Source: Candidatus Aminicenantales bacterium (lineage in GTDB: Bacteria > Acidobacteriota > Aminicenantia > Aminicenantales > UBA4085). Taken from it: a stretch of DNA of 64,000 nt. The position numbers and the translations under genes were made by a program. Location: NCBI GenBank assembly GCA_049515535.1, contig JBEKTZ010000011.1:62001-126000 (forward strand), written 5' to 3'. Below are positions 17,813-28,400 of the stretch, piece by piece. The notes beneath the pieces were generated by a model. The model did no database searches. It had not been told where the DNA came from and was given only the letters and a program-made list of their open reading frames with translations. Every line of letters begins with the position of its first letter. The first letter of the stretch is position 1.

Positions 17813-20800
17813 CTTGGTACTGCCAAAAGCATCGCATCTAACAGGCGTTTCTCCTCGCTTTTTCTTGGATAAAGCGCCGAAAGTGCGTTTGCCAGGCGCA
17901 TGAAGTCCGCTCCACGCTCCTGCTCGGCTTTGATAAGCATCCGGAGGGCATTCGCCTGCCCACCCGCTTGGAGCAGCATCGCCGCGTGCACACGGTCGAG
18001 CGTGGTCGCTTCGCGCATGGCGTCGCCTTCGACTGCTAACGGGTTCAAGCTCATCTCACGACGGCCTCGGCCACGTCCGCGAATCTTCGGTGCTTGTTCC
18101 TCCTCGAATTCGGGAAAAAGCACCTGCTGGATTGGGAGCGTCGGGTCGTGCTCGATCAAGTCGGCAACAGCATCGGCTCCGTCCTCACCAAAGAGTTGCT
18201 TGGTCCGCTCGGAGATGGCCATAAGTCTGACCACTCCCTTTATCGTCTCGATGATGCGGCCTTCCCACTTAGGGAGTTCAATGCCCAACGGTTGGGCGAA
18301 ACGGCGGACCACATCAAAAATAAGGCTGTAACCCTCTGCCTTCCCCTTCGGGGTAGCCTCCCCTTCATCCGTGTCACTTGAGTCCTCTTCTGATTCCTCA
18401 TCCGGCTCGCCGCCAGAGCCGTCCCGGCCGTTGGTAGCTTGGAGTGTCCAGAGGAAGAGCGCGGTGAGGCGCGCGTCTTCTTCCAGTACACCCGCCATGC
18501 CGTTTCGCGCTCTAGCTTCGGCTGTGCCGAGGATCTGCTCAAGGGCGGTTCGGCCGACGACTTCCCAGACCTTCACCAGATATTCGGCGAGTTTTACTTC
18601 GCGGCCGTCGGCAGTCTCGACCTTCCGATAGCGGCTGAAGATTTCCAGTGCCGGACCAATGCAGGCGAAAACCAGGTCCGCGCCGCGAATGCCCTCGCCC
18701 TGCAAACGCTCCATCCAGTCGCCGACACGCTTGGGGAGTTCGCGCAAGACTTCGCCCCAGTCGCCGACCAGCACGTCATCCGGCCGCGGGCGGCAGACGA
18801 GATGGACGCTCGTAGCTAAAGCTGCCGAATCCATAGCCCGCAGACGACTACCCGATTCGGTGGCAATAGGCCAGGATCCGGTAACGACCCAACCACCCTT
18901 TATCATCCCAGACAAAAGTGCCTCCCAGCCCTCCGTTGTCTTATGGGCAAAAACAACGGCCCCAACACCATCCGCTCGCAAAATCCGGCATCCTTCTATA
19001 AAAGCTCTTTCCATGGTCGATTCGAAGAACAGCTTATCTTTTGGGCGACCGGCTACTACCTTGGTTTCATCTTGAACGGCCTCCCGTAACTTGGGAGACA
19101 GCGGATTCGATGGATCAAATGGATCGCGCAGAAGGGGATGTCCGCGCAAGCTGCGTTTGGCCCAGGTGAGGAAGAAATCCGACAAATCGGAATATGGTAT
19201 CGCGTCATAATATGGCGGGTCGGAAAAGAATACCGATGCTGAATCGGTAGGCAACGGAGACTCGCATGCATCCGCTTGCTGAACTTGAGCATGATTAATT
19301 CGGATCGCAGACAATTCGGCTATAACTTTCAAAATCCAATTAAGTTCTTCCTCCCATCCACCGCTTGCGCCAGCAAAAGGCTGTGCCTCACACCAATCCC
19401 AGATTATTGGCAAGGCTGGTCGAGACAAGGTATTACCTCCCATATATTCCGCAGTCGGTTTCCATCTACACATGCTGGTTGCCTTGTCGGCTAGTTTGTC
19501 CAACACAAGCGTAAGTAGTTCTGCCACTGATTCACTCTTCGATTCTCTGATAAGCTGAAGCAAGCAAGTCAACATCACCTTCTGCCTCGCCGTGAACAGG
19601 TCGCCCCACTTGAGCATGCCGTATCGCTGCACGCGGAAGCCCAGCGTGCCGACCGGCGGCAGGCGTTCATCCGGCACGGGGCAAAGGCCCTTCTCGCCAT
19701 CACGCTCCCACTCATCTAGAATTCCTTTCAGCCGCTTATGCGCGTTCCAGACGGCTTCGTAATCGCACTCGGTAGGAAGACGGTAATGCCGTCCCGTCTC
19801 GCCAGGTCGTAGCGTCACGACAGCCAGCATCCGTGCGCCGCCAATTCGGTCACCTCTCTCGTCGAAGACTGCATCTGCTCCGCCACGCTGCTCGGCTAGT
19901 TGGGCCCGGACCCGGTTTGGCGGTAAAACCATATTGCAGCATAGGCATGTCGCCTTGGCCCGGGCGACCGTCCTGCCCTGAACTTCTTTCTCGTTCTTAG
20001 GCTCGAAGACTTCGAATTCAACTCGCGGCGGTTCACCCTTGGGCTGTATAACTTTATATCTGAGCGCACGCCGCCGATTGGCTTTGCTGCAGAGCCAAAA
20101 TGAGCGCATGAGCGGAATCTCCGCCCCGCAGTTGGGCGATTCGCACTTCACCGTCCGAGCCCAGAGGTAGGCAATCGGGGTGGCCCCATCAGGGTCTTTT
20201 GGATAGAATTCAGCCAGTTCCTTTTCGGCCTTCTTCTTGATCTCATCGCCGACTCGGCGCAGCTCTTCGGCAAGTTCCGATCCATGTCGCGGGATATCCT
20301 CCAGCATGACCTTTAGGATGAGGCACGCTACAGGATTGAGATCACTGGCGAAGGTCTCACAACCCAGCCGCAGGGCTTCGAGCGGAATCGATCCACCCCC
20401 GGCAAAAGGGTCCACAACGAGAGGCGTCTCTTCTGGATAAGCGGCTTTCACGAGCGCTCGCGCTGTTTGCAGGTAGTCTGCGTTTGCGGAGTTATCCCAA
20501 TTGGCGAAGTCCCCGATGAATTCAAAGATGGCCTTCCGAAGTCCTTTATCGGTCTTGACTTCAGACTCCCATCGACTTGGTCGCCCGTGTTTTCTAATGA
20601 GAATGTCCTTTGCTGCGGTCCTAAATTCCTCTGGGCAAGCGTTATCACACGGATCCGGCAAGAGAAGGGCCATGAGCATCGCTCGGCAGGCTGCTAGCGG
20701 CCGGCGAGCCCACCATAGATGAAGCGTGGATGGATGACCGTGGCGGATAGACTTCTCCCGCACCGAGTGCTTAGAGACTACTGCAATGGGGAAGTCGACT

Positions 20801-20832
20801 TCAGCCAGGCGCTTACATTCTTTCGGTATCAT
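17809..20832 (-). CDS. DUF1156 adenine-specific DNA methyltransferase
   Basis: LHLWWARRPLAACRA, DPFAGGGSIP (motif I), SDPPYYD (motif IV), Zn ribbon. Confidence 0.92.
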   Translation of the reverse strand: MIPKECKRLAEVDFPIAVVSKHSVREKSIRHGHPSTLHLWWARRPLAACRAMLMALLLPDPCDNACPEEFRTAAKDILIRKHGRPSRWESEVKTDKGLRKAIFEFIGDFANWDNSANADYLQTARALVKAAYPEETPLVVDPFAGGGSIPLEALRLGCETFASDLNPVACLILKVMLEDIPRHGSELAEELRRVGDEIKKKAEKELAEFYPKDPDGATPIAYLWARTVKCESPNCGAEIPLMRSFWLCSKANRRRALRYKVIQPKGEPPRVEFEVFEPKNEKEVQGRTVARAKATCLCCNMVLPPNRVRAQLAEQRGGADAVFDERGDRIGGARMLAVVTLRPGETGRHYRLPTECDYEAVWNAHKRLKGILDEWERDGEKGLCPVPDERLPPVGTLGFRVQRYGMLKWGDLFTARQKVMLTCLLQLIRESKSESVAELLTLVLDKLADKATSMCRWKPTAEYMGGNTLSRPALPIIWDWCEAQPFAGASGGWEEELNWILKVIAELSAIRINHAQVQQADACESPLPTDSASVFFSDPPYYDAIPYSDLSDFFLTWAKRSLRGHPLLRDPFDPSNPLSPKLREAVQDETKVVAGRPKDKLFFESTMERAFIEGCRILRADGVGAVVFAHKTTEGWEALLSGMIKGGWVVTGSWPIATESGSRLRAMDSAALATSVHLVCRPRPDDVLVGDWGEVLRELPKRVGDWMERLQGEGIRGADLVFACIGPALEIFSRYRKVETADGREVKLAEYLVKVWEVVGRTALEQILGTAEARARNGMAGVLEEDARLTALFLWTLQATNGRDGSGGEPDEESEEDSSDTDEGEATPKGKAEGYSLIFDVVRRFAQPLGIELPKWEGRIIETIKGVVRLMAISERTKQLFGEDGADAVADLIEHDPTLPIQQVLFPEFEEEQAPKIRGRGRGRREMSLNPLAVEGDAMREATTLDRVHAAMLLQAGGQANALRMLIKAEQERGADFMRLANALSALYPRKSEEKRLLDAMLLAVPR

Positions 20833-23792
20833 TCGGCGCCTCCCGCTGCAACCGCAGATGGAAAATCCATCCCATAGCGATGCTGCCGCACACGGAAGGC
20901 ATCACGTCCCCCCTCCATGATGTCAATTACTGACTGCACGATATCTTCATTGTCAATTGATCCGTGTTTCTCCACTTTCGCCTTGCGATCGCTAATCGCA
21001 TTCAAGACGATCACCTGCTCGGCATCACCGGACACAACGATGTTCGGGTTGTGCGTGCAAACAATGATCTGGCGTTTCTCCTTGAGCGCCCCGAGAATAT
21101 CAGCGAGAACCTGACCAATGAGTCGATTGTCCAAGTTATCTTCCGGCTGATCGATAACGAGCGGCGTCGCCTCCGCTAAGGCGATGAGAGGAAGCATCGC
21201 ACTCGACCTTTGGCCTGGAGATAGTTCCCCAACCGGACGGTCATTCAGAAGTATGCTTTCTTCGTCGTCCCATTCGGTCTCCTGAAGTGTTATCAGTTTC
21301 GTCAAGCGAGCGCTATTCTCCTGGAGAGACTCGACCTGGGCGGCTTCGTCCATTTCCCACGGCTTCCACAAGTCAATCGCCTTTTGGGCTTCAGTAGTTG
21401 TGATTTGTGCTGATGGATCATCGGGGAGCGGGCGACCAGCAAAGACGCTCGCATCACCGGCAAGCAGCGCCTGGACCAAGGTTACGGGATTAAAGTGGGT
21501 GGCTAAGATCTCCGGAATCCGGCGGTTCTTGTACTGCGTCGCAAAGGCAGATGCAATCTTGAATTGAATAATTTCCTCGCTGAATCGCCGCGTATCTCGC
21601 CCCGCTTGGAAGCGGAGTGATATCTTCATGCGTCCGGCAAAGTATTGATTAAGCCTCGTCTCGATCGTCTCATTATGTCGTGCCCGAATTCCCGCAATCC
21701 GATCGTGGCTTTGTATCAGTTGGTCTGCGGTTTGCTTCCGCGCTGTTAGCGTATCTTGAAGACGCTTCCAGGCTTTCATATACTCATCGCGGACAGCAGA
21801 TACCTCGCGTAATCTACGCTCCGCATTCGTACGAAGGTCAGCAATTTTTTGCATGGACGAGTCGTCTGCAAATGAAGCTCTGATCTTTGACTGGAGTGCA
21901 TCAATTTCAGTTTTGACCACGGCGATATGCTGACCCAATAGTTTGGACAATTCCTTCAGCACTTGGGTGGCAGATGACAGGTACCTCTGCACATTTGCCT
22001 CCGAATCAACAATCTTGAGTTTTTGTGTCACATCAGTCATCCACCAATCGCGGAGCGACTGAGGTGCCTCCTGGAGGAGTTCCGTCAGTCCCTCTCGTAG
22101 CGAGGTAAGGTCAAACTCTTCCACCTTGGCTGTAAAAGAATCGACATTCTGCTTGATAATCTGCAAGACTTGCCCTTTCATCTGGGCGAGGTCGAGTTCG
22201 CCGAAGTGTTTCTTAACTTCCTCGGTATTTAGCTTTTCGAAGGCGGCTTTGTATTCAGAATAGCGACGGATAATACCGTTCTGGCGAGCGTAAATAGTAT
22301 TGAGCTCGTTTGTGATCTTTTCAACGTCTTTTCGGTTGGCTTGAAATTGTTGGCGAAGATTGTCTCGTTCCTGCCTAGCTGGCGGCAATTCTGCGACAAG
22401 ACGATCCAAGAGATCCCTCTGACGTGCGGTATCCCGGCCAAGTGTCTCGATTTCGCTCCATCCAAAGAGTCGCACGGGATAATCGCCGCTGGATTCAACG
22501 TCGGCGACGGATAGTTGATCGCCGTCGGTTGTAAACACCTTGGTTGCATAATCCTCTTGCGGATCGAAAGTAGCTTCAAGAATGCGCCTATCGCCAGCCT
22601 GGGTCTGATAAACAACTCGAATGAGGCAGCCAGTCAGATTTGCTTTCTGCATTTCACGGATGCGTTCGGAAAGCTTGTTGGTCGTGTCGAGTTCCGAAAT
22701 TGTGCGGTTGTAGCCAAACACGAAGCGTAGCGCTTCGACAATTGTCGATTTGCCAGAGCCGCGGGGGCCGATGAGGCAGTTGAGGTTTTCAGCAAAGGCG
22801 ATGCGCTCATTCTTGAACAGCGACTTGTCGTCGCCCACAATTTCAAGACCAAGAAGAAGGGGGCTGGGGGGCGTTGGCAGATCAGATGTGAAGCGGATTC
22901 TCGTTTCGGGGAATTTCAGCGCGTCGTGTATCCCCTTGAGGCCCAGGGTCGTCATTTTAGCCCAGGTGACCAAGTTTGGCCGGGCGAAGTCTTCGATGCA
23001 ATGTGCGTCGAGCCGCATTGTCACGGGAATTGCGACCTTGTGCCCCTTTTCGATCGAGGTCCACCGATAGTGCCTTTTATCCGTAGCCTTAGCTATCTCA
23101 AGAGCATCCAAACCTACTTTGAGTAAGTAGTCCTTCAGTTCATTGGAGAGTTGCTGTTCCTGTTCGGCCTGTGTAGCCGGATCAATTGTTAGAAGCTTAA
23201 TAAGGCCAGTAGCGGTTTGCCGAAAGTGGTGCCGGACGCCTTGTTGTGAATTGACGTGTGCAGCAACGCATACGCCACCCTCGTCGTGAATACGCTTGAT
23301 AAAATCCTCTAAGCGCAGTCCCGTAATAATTTCATTGCCTGTCCTGTGTGCATCGTCCGGGATAGCCTTGAGCCCTGCGAACAGGCGACTAAAACTCTCC
23401 ACGGTTGATCCCTCGGGGAGTATGACGAGGATATGTAGCCTCGAGCAACTGATCGCCGCCTCGGGCTGGAAGTTCACCTCCATTCCAGGAAGGACCAAAA
23501 AGTCTTTCTCACCTCGGCTGGCATTGGACACCTTACTGGCATAGGAGCATTTCATGTGGTCGGTGATTACTACCAAATCGAAATGCTTTTTCAACGCGTT
23601 GATGAACTCGGCTTCGCCGCTGGGCGCAAGAAGTTTTTTCCGATCATTGAGTGTCTTATCACCCGTTTGGTTCCAGTCGTGACTGTCGGGAGAGTGCACG
23701 TGAAGCGCCACTCGGCGGAAACGGGCAGTCCGTTTTCGAAGCTCATCCAAGATCGCAAACAAATCCTGATAAGGGGGTACTTGGGGAGTCAT
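20829..23792 (-). CDS. PHP phosphoesterase + ABC/SMC-type ATPase fusion (Ppl/TrlF-like)
   Basis: PHP: LHVHSPDS, ITDH, GMEV, AAHV, LDAH; ATPase: GPRGSGKS, LSPGQ, LVIDQPED, CTHNPN; coiled coil between. Confidence 0.88.
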   Translation of the reverse strand: MTPQVPPYQDLFAILDELRKRTARFRRVALHVHSPDSHDWNQTGDKTLNDRKKLLAPSGEAEFINALKKHFDLVVITDHMKCSYASKVSNASRGEKDFLVLPGMEVNFQPEAAISCSRLHILVILPEGSTVESFSRLFAGLKAIPDDAHRTGNEIITGLRLEDFIKRIHDEGGVCVAAHVNSQQGVRHHFRQTATGLIKLLTIDPATQAEQEQQLSNELKDYLLKVGLDALEIAKATDKRHYRWTSIEKGHKVAIPVTMRLDAHCIEDFARPNLVTWAKMTTLGLKGIHDALKFPETRIRFTSDLPTPPSPLLLGLEIVGDDKSLFKNERIAFAENLNCLIGPRGSGKSTIVEALRFVFGYNRTISELDTTNKLSERIREMQKANLTGCLIRVVYQTQAGDRRILEATFDPQEDYATKVFTTDGDQLSVADVESSGDYPVRLFGWSEIETLGRDTARQRDLLDRLVAELPPARQERDNLRQQFQANRKDVEKITNELNTIYARQNGIIRRYSEYKAAFEKLNTEEVKKHFGELDLAQMKGQVLQIIKQNVDSFTAKVEEFDLTSLREGLTELLQEAPQSLRDWWMTDVTQKLKIVDSEANVQRYLSSATQVLKELSKLLGQHIAVVKTEIDALQSKIRASFADDSSMQKIADLRTNAERRLREVSAVRDEYMKAWKRLQDTLTARKQTADQLIQSHDRIAGIRARHNETIETRLNQYFAGRMKISLRFQAGRDTRRFSEEIIQFKIASAFATQYKNRRIPEILATHFNPVTLVQALLAGDASVFAGRPLPDDPSAQITTTEAQKAIDLWKPWEMDEAAQVESLQENSARLTKLITLQETEWDDEESILLNDRPVGELSPGQRSSAMLPLIALAEATPLVIDQPEDNLDNRLIGQVLADILGALKEKRQIIVCTHNPNIVVSGDAEQVIVLNAISDRKAKVEKHGSIDNEDIVQSVIDIMEGGRDAFRVRQHRYGMDFPSAVAAGGAE

Positions 23793-24178
23793 TTTCCATT
23801 CCCTCCGACGTGTTCATTCAACACCTTTTCCCTGGAAGAAGTAAAATTGGGAATCATCAATTCCAAAAACCCGGCTTCAATCGGCGGTTTTACAAAGCCG
23901 TCGCGGAACCTTTCCGTCCATGCGTTGTTGGTGAACTGATAATTGGCGTTGTTGAGCCGGAGGTGCACAAAGGCCGGGAGGGTAACAGCCAGAGTCTTCC
24001 GTTCTGCGATGAACTCTGGTTGGCCGGTTTGCAGTGAGCGGAGTATCGTACAGAAGGTGGTCCTGCCACGGCCGTTTTCCGCATAGACGAGGGTCAGTTT
24101 ACGGAACGTCACGTCTCCATTGGCGGCGTAGCTCCGAAAGCGACCGATGCTCTTGATTTGGACGATTTTCTCAAGCAT
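23789..24178 (-). pseudogene. Truncated AAA_13/RloC-like ATPase N-terminus joined to a Fic-like wHTH remnant
   Basis: IKSIGRF...LVYAENGRGRTT (Walker A with K>R); only 129 aa; tail FRDGFVKPPIEAGFLELMIP. Confidence 0.6.
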
Positions 24179-24300
24179 GGCCGTCTCCGCTTCGTCCTGG
24201 GCTTTGACCGCTTGCTTTGTCCTTCAATACGACCAGCCCCGCCTCCGTTGCCCTGTACCGCTGCATCCGGCTTCGCGGTTTGTCGAGGATGGTCAATCGA
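24171..24300 (-). pseudogene. C-terminal remnant of a Fic-like winged helix
   Basis: TILDKPRSRMQRYRATEAG resembles the TIPDKPxSxxQxYRLTxxG motif. Confidence 0.5.
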
Positions 24301-24444
24301 GATTTCTCACTACAGTCGATGAAATAATTGTTATTGGTTCTGATAGACTGATGGTTTTGTTCGATCAAGTTGCGACCATTAAGGCAATTGTCTTCATTCC
24401 CTGAAATAGGATCACATTGCACGTTCGTGATCCCATTAATGGTA

Positions 24445-25494
24445 TCATGATCCTATTCTCTCCCATTCGGCATTACGCCCTTTTCCTAAGCAGCGGATTT
24501 CCTTATTCCTTTTTAAATCCGCCAGGGCGCGTTTTATCGTCGGATAGCTTATCCCCGGGCACGCACGCTGAAGGTCCGCAATCCGGAATCTCCCGGGCAA
24601 ACGGCGAATCGAGTTCTGCAGCATCTCTTTTTTTGCTCCTCGCGCTGAAGTAATTGTTCCTACCCGTTCTTCGAATTCTTTATAAGCGCCTACGAGAGTT
24701 CCAAGAAAATAGTCCCACCAAGGCCGCAGATCATGCCTTCCCTCGTGCCAACCTCCCGAGCTTTTTTGCAAGGCCTCGTAATAGGTTTCCTTGCTATCCT
24801 CGATAATGCGTTCGAGGCTGATATATCTGGCGACTTCATAACCGGCTTGGTAGAGCAACAACAAAGTCAGCAGTCTCCCCACTCTGCCGTTTCCGTCCCA
24901 AAACGGATGGATGCATTCAAAGTCAAGAACGAAGGAGGCAATCGTCAATAAGGGCTCGGCACTTCTTTCGTCCAGCGCCCGATGATAAAGCTCACATAGT
25001 TTTTTTGTGAATTCCGGTGCGCCGACTGCGGAGACAGGACGGAACCGGACAACCTGCCGCCCATCGCTTACGATTTCAAGAATAGCATTATCCTTTTCTT
25101 TCCATCTTCCTCCTTTCTCCGGGGTTTTCGCGAACATTCGGCGATGAAAATCAAGAATCAGGCCTGGGGAAAGAGTCATCCTGTTCGCCCGCGTGTGAAT
25201 TTCAGCTAGGACATCGCGGTAGCCGGCGACTTCCGCTTCAGAACGATTTCTGGGCCTTACTTTTTTATTGACGAGAGGCTCTAACCTTTCCGCCGCTACG
25301 ATAACGCCTTCGATCCGGTTTGAAGATTCGACACTCTGGATTATGGCGACGCGACGGAGAGTCTCGAGAATTTCGGGCGATTGTTGTTGGTAAAGATCCT
25401 GTCTTCCCCGGAATTCACCCAGAGCCCGGACGGTCATAAGCAGACTTTGTGATATTGGCTGTTCAAGAAAGTAACCGAATTCAAAGGATCTCAT
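24445..25494 (-). CDS. Fic family protein
   Basis: SSNRIEG and canonical HPFWDGNGRVGR motif; C-terminal wHTH. Confidence 0.92.
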   Translation of the reverse strand: MRSFEFGYFLEQPISQSLLMTVRALGEFRGRQDLYQQQSPEILETLRRVAIIQSVESSNRIEGVIVAAERLEPLVNKKVRPRNRSEAEVAGYRDVLAEIHTRANRMTLSPGLILDFHRRMFAKTPEKGGRWKEKDNAILEIVSDGRQVVRFRPVSAVGAPEFTKKLCELYHRALDERSAEPLLTIASFVLDFECIHPFWDGNGRVGRLLTLLLLYQAGYEVARYISLERIIEDSKETYYEALQKSSGGWHEGRHDLRPWWDYFLGTLVGAYKEFEERVGTITSARGAKKEMLQNSIRRLPGRFRIADLQRACPGISYPTIKRALADLKRNKEIRCLGKGRNAEWERIGS

Positions 25495-28400
25495 GTGTCG
25501 GTTTCCTCGTATTTAAGCTTTTCCTCTCTCACCTTCATCGGCCTTGTCATTGCGTCCACTGCCAAGTAATAGTGCGCGACCTTGGTCACTTCATGCCAAT
25601 TGAAACGGGCAGGATCCTTAATTGGTTCCTGGAGAGTGGGCTTGGTGGAGCAGTTGGTCACTACATAGAGATAATAACAGTCACGCCGGTCTTCAGCGAC
25701 ACGACGCTCGTTGGGCGTCAGTAAGATCATGCCGGCGGCCTCGGACAAGCCCTTGACCTCAATGAGGCGCAATTCGCCCGAGTTTACATCCAGGCTGGTC
25801 ACATCGTAGCCGAGGTTCTGTTCATGAACGTCGAAGACCTGGCGGCCGGAGGAACTCTCATATTCCATGGCGACCCTCATGGCCGTCGCCTCGGTTTCAG
25901 GGTTCGGCCGCATGCGCCTCAGCTCCGGGGCTTCGCGCTCGGGATGTGGAAGGACCAGAATTCTCGCCATCCGTTCGACATTCTGAAGAGTCAAGGATTT
26001 CTGCTGCTGGAGTTCGCGCCTTCTTTTCTCCCTGCGGGATAAGAGTTCGGCATGCCTGTTTTCTGCCTGGGCAAGCCGGCCTTCCGCGCCGGTAATGCCC
26101 TTATTGACTTCGTCGCAGGCCCGGCCTATTTCGTCATCCGCCCGCTGGATCAATTCCGTCAGGGATATTTCGATATGTTGAGCGACACGCTCAAGATCGG
26201 CAAGGCGTTCTTTCCGAACTTCCTCGAGGAAAGGCTGGAGAACATGAGCCTGGAGCCAGTCCGACGGCTCGGGAAGAGACGTGATCTCGGAAGGAGCAGC
26301 CGGAGCATCTGCCGGAGTAAAGTTTCCTATGACATTTGGCTCTTGGAGAATGGGCTCTTTATCGAACGCGATCTCCAGGGCAAACAACCGCTCATGGATC
26401 ACGTCGCCGAGCCCATCGACGATACAGGATCGGTAGAAATCCATCCGGACCGGAGATTCGTGCTGGAGAGAATAGAAGCAAGCGCCTTTGCTCAGAGCTT
26501 CGCGGGCCTTGGCATAGGAGTGACGGCGGATGGCCTCGAATAGCGGGTGTCCCGGCGTCACCCATTCTAGGTTATTGCTCTCGGCGGTTTCCCGGTCGGT
26601 TGAGCATTTGGGATATTTGTTGGCCAAGGCCGGGAGCTTCCAATCCTTTTCCTGTTCATAGCGTCGGAGAATATTGGGGATCTTGCCGGGCTCAAAGGCG
26701 TGAGGAAAATTCTCAATGGATTTGATTCGTATCGGAACGGTATCGGCCGCCTCCCGAATGAAGCGGGCTATTGTCTCAGGCACAACCCGCCGCTCCTGGG
26801 CCCGGGCGCGGCGCTCAATGAGCATTTCGAGGTTGAGGTTCTTAGAGGCCAGGCCTTCGAGGGCGTTCTGGCAAATCGCCCGGAACCGGCCTTCGTCGAC
26901 ATTCTGGAGAATGCGGTCTTCGAGGTCGGCGGCGCCGAGCTTGCCCGCATAATAGTCTCGGAGAATCCGCTCGACATGGGCCGAGGGGAGGATTTCGCCG
27001 ATGACGTTGAAGACGGCATCATCATCCAACGCGTCGCGGATTTGCTTGAGTTTATCCAAGAGTCGCCGAAGGACACTGCCTTCGATCGTATTCGTCGCTA
27101 CGAAGTTGAAAATCAAGCAGTCTTTCTTCTGACCATATCGGTGGATACGGCCCATGCGCTGTTCCAGCCGATTCGGATTCCAGGGGATGTCGTAATTGAA
27201 AAGGATATGACAGACCTGGAGGTTGATGCCTTCGCCCGCGGCTTCCGTAGCGACGAGGATCTGGCTTCCTCCGTCCCAGAACTGTTGCTCCGCGTGGAGC
27301 CGGGTGCCGGGTTCATCGCGGGAACCCGCCCTCATTCCGCCGTGAATAATGCCGATTTTGAAGCCCCAGGTCTTGAGCTTGGCGACAAGATAGTCCAGGG
27401 TATCCTTGAACTCCGTGAATATGAGGAGCCTCTGGTCGGGATTATCAAAGAAGCCCTGTTCCTGGAGAATCGATTTGAGCTTGAACAGCTTGGCTTCGAT
27501 ATTCCGGTCTTCCACGTTCTTGGCCTGTTCGGCCAGGCTGAGGAGTTCTTCGATTTCGTCGCGGACCTGGTCGGCGTTTTCGGTCAGGGTGACTGCCTCG
27601 AGCAATTCCTCAAAGCGTTGCCGTTCTCCCTCTTCCATTTCTTCGAGCTCTTCCGGGTCGGGAAGATCGGGCGGGGCAACCTGGATGAGTGCGATGGCCT
27701 TCTTGAGGCCAAGTTCCAGTCGACGGGCGCGGTTCTCAAGGCTGCACCGGACGGCATGTATGCTCGAAGCCAGGCGCCTTTGATAGAGAGCCATGAGGAA
27801 GCCGACCGCCCGGGCTCTGGGCGTATCTCCCTGGGCCGCGGCTTTGGTGCTTTGCCTCTTGACGAACCTCGTAATCTCGTTATAGAGGCGGTCTTCATCG
27901 CCGTCTATCTTGAAATCGGCCGTTATCGGGATACGCTTCGTGAAGATCTTTTTTGCCACCCAAGTCCCGTCCGGCTGCCGTTCGGGGAAAAAGACCATGG
28001 CTTCCTTGGTACGGCGAAGGTAAAATGGAGCGTGGTGTCGTTCCATGGCCTCATGAATCGAGCAGACATCGGCATAGACGTCCGGATCAAGGAGCTGAAG
28101 GAAAAGGGTGAAGTTCTCGGCATTGCCCTTGTGGGGAGTCGCCGTCATGAGCAGGAGATGGTCCGTCGTATCCCTGAGGAGTTCGCCGAGGGAATAGCGA
28201 GCTGTCTTTCGCGACGGCGGGGTCCAGGACATTCGATGGGCTTCATCAACGATGACTAGGTCCCAATGGACTTGCCTGAGTCCCGGCAGGATGTCTGTTC
28301 TTTTGGCCAGATCCAGGGATGTGATAACTTTCTTCTGCTCCAACCATTGGTTGACGCCATACTGTTCCTTGATATCTCCGCCCTTGAGTACGATGAACTT

